From NCBI RefSeq assembly GCF_009914755.1, contig NC_060940.1: 64,000 bases of DNA. One strand, 5' to 3'. Position numbers and translations under genes: made by a program. Each line of letters begins with the position of its first letter. Positions within the stretch are counted from its first letter, which is position 1. The notes below the pieces were generated by a model. The model searched no databases and had not been told where the DNA came from. It saw nothing but the letters and a program-made list of their open reading frames with translations. Below, one piece after another: positions 59,641 through 64,000 of the stretch. This stretch comes from the human T2T-CHM13v2.0 reference genome, Homo sapiens.

Positions 59641-60299
59641 AATTCCCTCTTGAAGACATTTTACCGGGAAAGAGAATTGTTAGACTAGACAGAAAGAGAA
59701 AAGAATGTTTGCTTAAAGTCACTAGACTTTCACTGGCAGTCAACTGGGTGGGTGAATAACTAACTTTGGAAAACAAACCTTAATACCTTTCAAGTTTTTA
59801 GATAATTGCTAAAGCAGTTATATCAGCCATGTTGATTTCCTCTAAAAATGAATTCCAGTGCCTAGTGTCTTTAAAAAGTCAAAGGCACAAGAGAAAACAA
59901 AAGTAAACAAGGAGACTCCGTAGGATTGAAGATGTAATGACATAATGAGATAAGATGTATGCATTTTATTTGTCTTCAAGTCTACTGTAAAAAGATTTGG
60001 AGAAAACTGGGGAAATTTAAATACAGATGAGGTGTTAGGTTATGTTATGTAATTATCATCAGTTTTGTTAGGTGTAAGGTTTTATGGTTCTATAAGAAAG
60101 TGTGCTCATTTTTTTGAGATAAATTAAGTATTTTGGGGTGCAACATCATGAAGTCTGTAAAAGTACTCAAGCTTCCCCCAGATAAATGAAACAAACAAAC
60201 AAAAAAGTTTCAGTGCACGAAAAGGATCTTTCTGTTTGTTTGTTTTTGAGGAGTGAAGATAAAGAGAAGAGATAAGGAAGACTCAGATTTCTGGTTTGG

Positions 60300-60945
60300 G
60301 TGAAGAGTGGCGACATGTCCATCTTTTACTGACCGTGCGTTCTTGGGCTCTCAGTGTGATAGAAATTGACAAGAGGTCCAAAGAGTTTTCCCAGACAAGG
60401 CTTTATTGGAGCTTATGCCCAGGCATAAGAGAAGCAGCACAAGAGAAAGAGAATTCTCTTCCTGGCTCCCCGAAGACAGTCAGGAGAGGAATTTTAAAGG
60501 GGCTAAAGTAGGCAGGGAGTGATATTTAAGCATGTAGAAGCGGGGAACTTCTGGCACCTGCACAGTATAACAGCATAGAGAGCTTCTTCCTGTGTTGCAT
60601 ATCTCATTAGCGTGTTAAATCCCCACCCCTAGGCATGATGTTTAGTATTATAATGCAGCCAAGGTGGAGGACTGGTCATTCTTCAGATCTCCTGCACATG
60701 CGGGCAATAGGGTTAACTCCCTTGAGTAAGATTTAAGATGGGGGCCGCTTATTTTTGTTTCCTCGAGGTCTGCAATCAGTGGGAATGGCCCTTTGAACAA
60801 GATTTATAGTGCAAGGTCTGGATGGGGTCCCCACTTGTTATGGGTCCCCCCAGCCAGCTTGTAGTAGAAATCCTCAGTGGGGTGTGACGGGGTATGAGTC
60901 CTTTCTCTACTTTCTCTCACCTTCATCCCTAATACTCTACCCCAC
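60300..60945 (-). mobile_element. Probable ERV1-class solo LTR (family not assigned)
   Basis: GTTCTTGGGCTCTC...AGGCTTTATTG (antisense poly-A signal), TTAAATCCCCACCC and TGCACATGCG motifs typical of ERV1 LTRs. Confidence 0.5.
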
Positions 60946-61004
60946 AAGGTTTAGAGATACCACCCCCCTAATAATAGGGCCACCCATAATTGAGAAGTGT
61001 CTTT

Positions 61005-61300
61005 AGTTACTTTTTATTTTGAAATAATTTTAGACTCTTGTGGACCTGGCAAAAATAGTACAGTTTCTGTGAACCATTCATTTAGCTGCTCCAGTGATAA
61101 CATCTTTCATAACCATAGTTATCAAAACCTGGACATGGTCGCTGGTGCAGTGCTATTAATGAAACTGCAGATCTTAATTGGTTTTCACCATTTTTTACAT
61201 ACACTCCGTTTTCTTGTTATTTTGCATTTGTTTTGGTGTGTAGTTCTACGAAATCTTGTCACGTGTAGGTGGGTATGTCTACCACCGTACATGCACAGGA
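61005..61300 (-). mobile_element. Old L1M 3'UTR fragment
   Basis: TTTTATTTTGAAATAATTTTAGACTC...CAAAAATAGTACAG. Confidence 0.6.
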
Positions 61301-61340
61301 TGTAGATGACGTGCTGTTTTTTTACTCTTTTCACATGGCC

Positions 61341-61648
61341 TTTTTGTTGTTGTTGTTGTTGTTGTTGAGACGAAGTCTCACTCTGTCACCCAGGCTGGAG
61401 TGCAGTGGCGTGGTCTCGGCTCCCTGCAACCTCCGCCTCCCGAGTTCAGGCGATTCTTCTGCCTCATCCTCCCAAGTAGCTGGTACAACTGGCCTGTGCC
61501 ACCAAGCCCAGCTACTTTTTGTATTCTTACTAGAGATGGGGTTTCACCTTGTTGGCCAGGCTGGTCTCGAATTCCTGACCTCAAGTGATCTGCCCGCCTT
61601 GGCCTCCCAAAGTGCTGGGATTACAGGCGTGGGCCACCAGTGCCCGGC
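61341..61648 (-). mobile_element. AluS with a (TTG)n tail
   Basis: TSD ttttcacatggc. Confidence 0.94.
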
Positions 61649-62879
61649 TTGTTTTCACATGGCTTTTGCCCACTGAGCTGTTTCTAATTGAGCTAGACCC
61701 ACGGTAAGAACTCAGAAAGCTTTGAGTGCATCCCATCCCCTCTCCTCTAACTTAATTGTCTGCTCTCCTCCTCTAGCTCCCATTGTTGCCTGTGAATGGC
61801 CACGAACCTCTCCTGTGTTTCACTATGACTCTAAGATGCCTTTGCTCACCTCTGTGGACTTCGTTCTGTCCTCTTCCTTAATTCCAGGCCACAGCCACCT
61901 CTTCTTGCTGCAAAGCTGAGATCTCCTTTCTCACTCTCATCTGCAGGAGTGCTGGAGTTCAAAGGTACACCAGGGTTTGATAACACTTTCTTCCGTGGTA
62001 GACAAGGTGGTCCCTGCCACTCCCAGGCTCATGTTTTACCAGCTTGGGAGCAGCCATGGAGGGGAGGTTTTACCAGTAGTCCTGGCCAAATAAGTCCCAG
62101 GAGGATGCTGATGGTGCAGCTGGGCCATGTGTCTGTCCCCGAACCAGTCACTGAGCCAGGGCACTTGGGTCATTCCCTGGCCCCTGTTGTCGCCTTCAGC
62201 TTGTGGTTGAAGGTGGTGGGGGTGAATCAGCTCTATCTAAAGCGCATGGAATGGGTGCATCCCATGAAAAGATGATTGTTGTTGTAGTTTTTCAGAAGAA
62301 AGGGAAAGAACGGACTGGTTGAGCTTGTTGAGCTTGTGTCTCTGTGCCAGTCCAGAGTTCACTGGTCATCTTGTAGGGGGAAGGAGGAGTCACCTTTGAG
62401 TCAGTCAGGTTGCTATCCTTGCCTGGTAGGTTTTGACCAGGAGTAGATGGAGTCACATGGCAGCAGAAGTTGCAGAACGGAAGGATTTCTTACTTGTTTC
62501 TGTTATCTATTGCTATACAACAAACTATCCCAGTGTTTAGTGGCTTAAGACAACAATCATTTTATTTATTGCACATATTTCTACAATCTGGGCATGGGTG
62601 GGGACTGGGAGAGCTTGTCTGTGTTCCACATGTTGTCAGCTGGGGCAGCTCACTGGGGCCAGAGGATCCACTTCTAAGATGGTCCAGTGCTCTGTGGCTG
62701 TTGGCTGGGGGCTCAGCTGGGCTGTTGGCTGAGGGCATTGATTCTTCTTCCATGGCCTCTCCATAGGGCTAACTTGGGCTTCTTACAGCATGGTGGTCTC
62801 CAGGTAGTCTGACTTCTTACACAGAGGCTGGCTTCCCCCAGAGCACAAAATGGAAGGTACCAGGCCTTCTTAAGTATTA

Positions 62880-63224
<345 letters not shown>

Positions 63225-63235
63225 TCATTTATGCC

Positions 63236-63536
63236 AGCGTGCCAGTGCTCCTAACCTTTTTGGTACCAGTGACCAGTTTCATAGAAGACAGTTTTTCCAC
63301 AGATGGTGGGGGCAGTGGGGGGATTGCTTTAGGATAAAACTGTTCTACTTCAGATCATCAGGCATTAGATTCCAATAAGGACCACACAACCTGGATCCCT
63401 CGCATGCGTAGTTCACCGTAGGGTTTGCGCCCCTATGAGAATCTGATGCCGCTGCTGATCTGACAGTTGGTGGAGCTCAGATAATAGTGCTTACTTGCTG
63501 GTACCAGTCCATGGCCTGGGGGTTGGGGAATCCCTG
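63236..63536. mobile_element. MER1B-like (hAT-Charlie)
   Basis: CTAACCTTTTTGGTACCAG...AAACTGTTCTACTTCAGATCATCAGGCATTAGATT...GGGGTTGGGGAATCCCTG; TSD atttat(g/a)c. Confidence 0.85.
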
Positions 63537-63848
63537 ATTTATACTACATTTTATTGGTTAAAACAGGTCACAGAGACAACCTGGATTGAAGGGCAGCTGG
63601 CTATATAAGGCATAAATACTGGAGGCTGTGGCCCATTAGTAACAGTCCATTACTCTGGACTGTTACCAGAGTCATAGTTTACCACTCTCTTCTCACAGGC
63701 CCTGTGATATCCAGAACCCCTGTTACCATCCCCAACGCTGGGGTTGGCCTCTTATTATTATTTTTAATTTGAATCAGTTAGTGCCTTCATTTCCTCTTCC
63801 CCCTTTAATTGAGCCACAGAGCATTTGTAGCTTTTGGGACTCAAGGGA

Positions 63849-63889
63849 AAAGGTCATCAAAGTCAAGGTCAACCGGACAGTTGACCTTT
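63849..63889. promoter_or_regulatory. Candidate nuclear-receptor response-element cluster
   Basis: AAAGGTCA (63849), AAGTCA, TCAAGGTCA (63863) and TGACCTTT (63882) within 41 bp. Confidence 0.35.
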
Positions 63890-64000
63890 AGGCTGCCTAG
63901 AGTGATCTCTAGTGAGCATCAATTTGGTCTCTTGTTTTTTTTTTGGTAGAATAGTCTGTGCTTATTTCCTGAAATCTCAGTTGCATTACAAAAATTAATT

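Overview
Primate (most likely human) non-coding genomic DNA, most plausibly the interior of a large intron. I see no protein-coding exon, RNA gene, CpG island or prokaryote-type system. Every ORF in the track that I examined is explained by Alu, L1, LTR or simple-repeat sequence, or by chance. The window is a dense mosaic of repeats: about 48 Alu/FLAM elements or fragments (my count: 35 minus, 13 plus), L1PA and L1M pieces, many MIR/L2 relics, MaLR/ERVL LTRs (THE1, MST, MLT1, LTR16, MER21) and DNA transposons (MER20, MER33, MER82, MER1A/B, MER2, MADE1), often nested. Repeat family names come from my recognition of consensus motifs, not a database search, and boundaries are approximate. I cannot support a novel biological system. 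The most notable observations are: (1) a multi-template fold-back insertion at the end of an MLT1D LTR (about 35.0-35.6 kb); (2) a 28-nt local sequence copied into an AluJ from 650 bp upstream; (3) an Alu with an internal 135-bp triplication; (4) an AT-rich block with collinear, decayed piggyBac-transposase-like motifs (about 53.2-54.6 kb); (5) compact candidate regulatory motifs (a nuclear-receptor half-site cluster and an RFX/NFAT palindrome).
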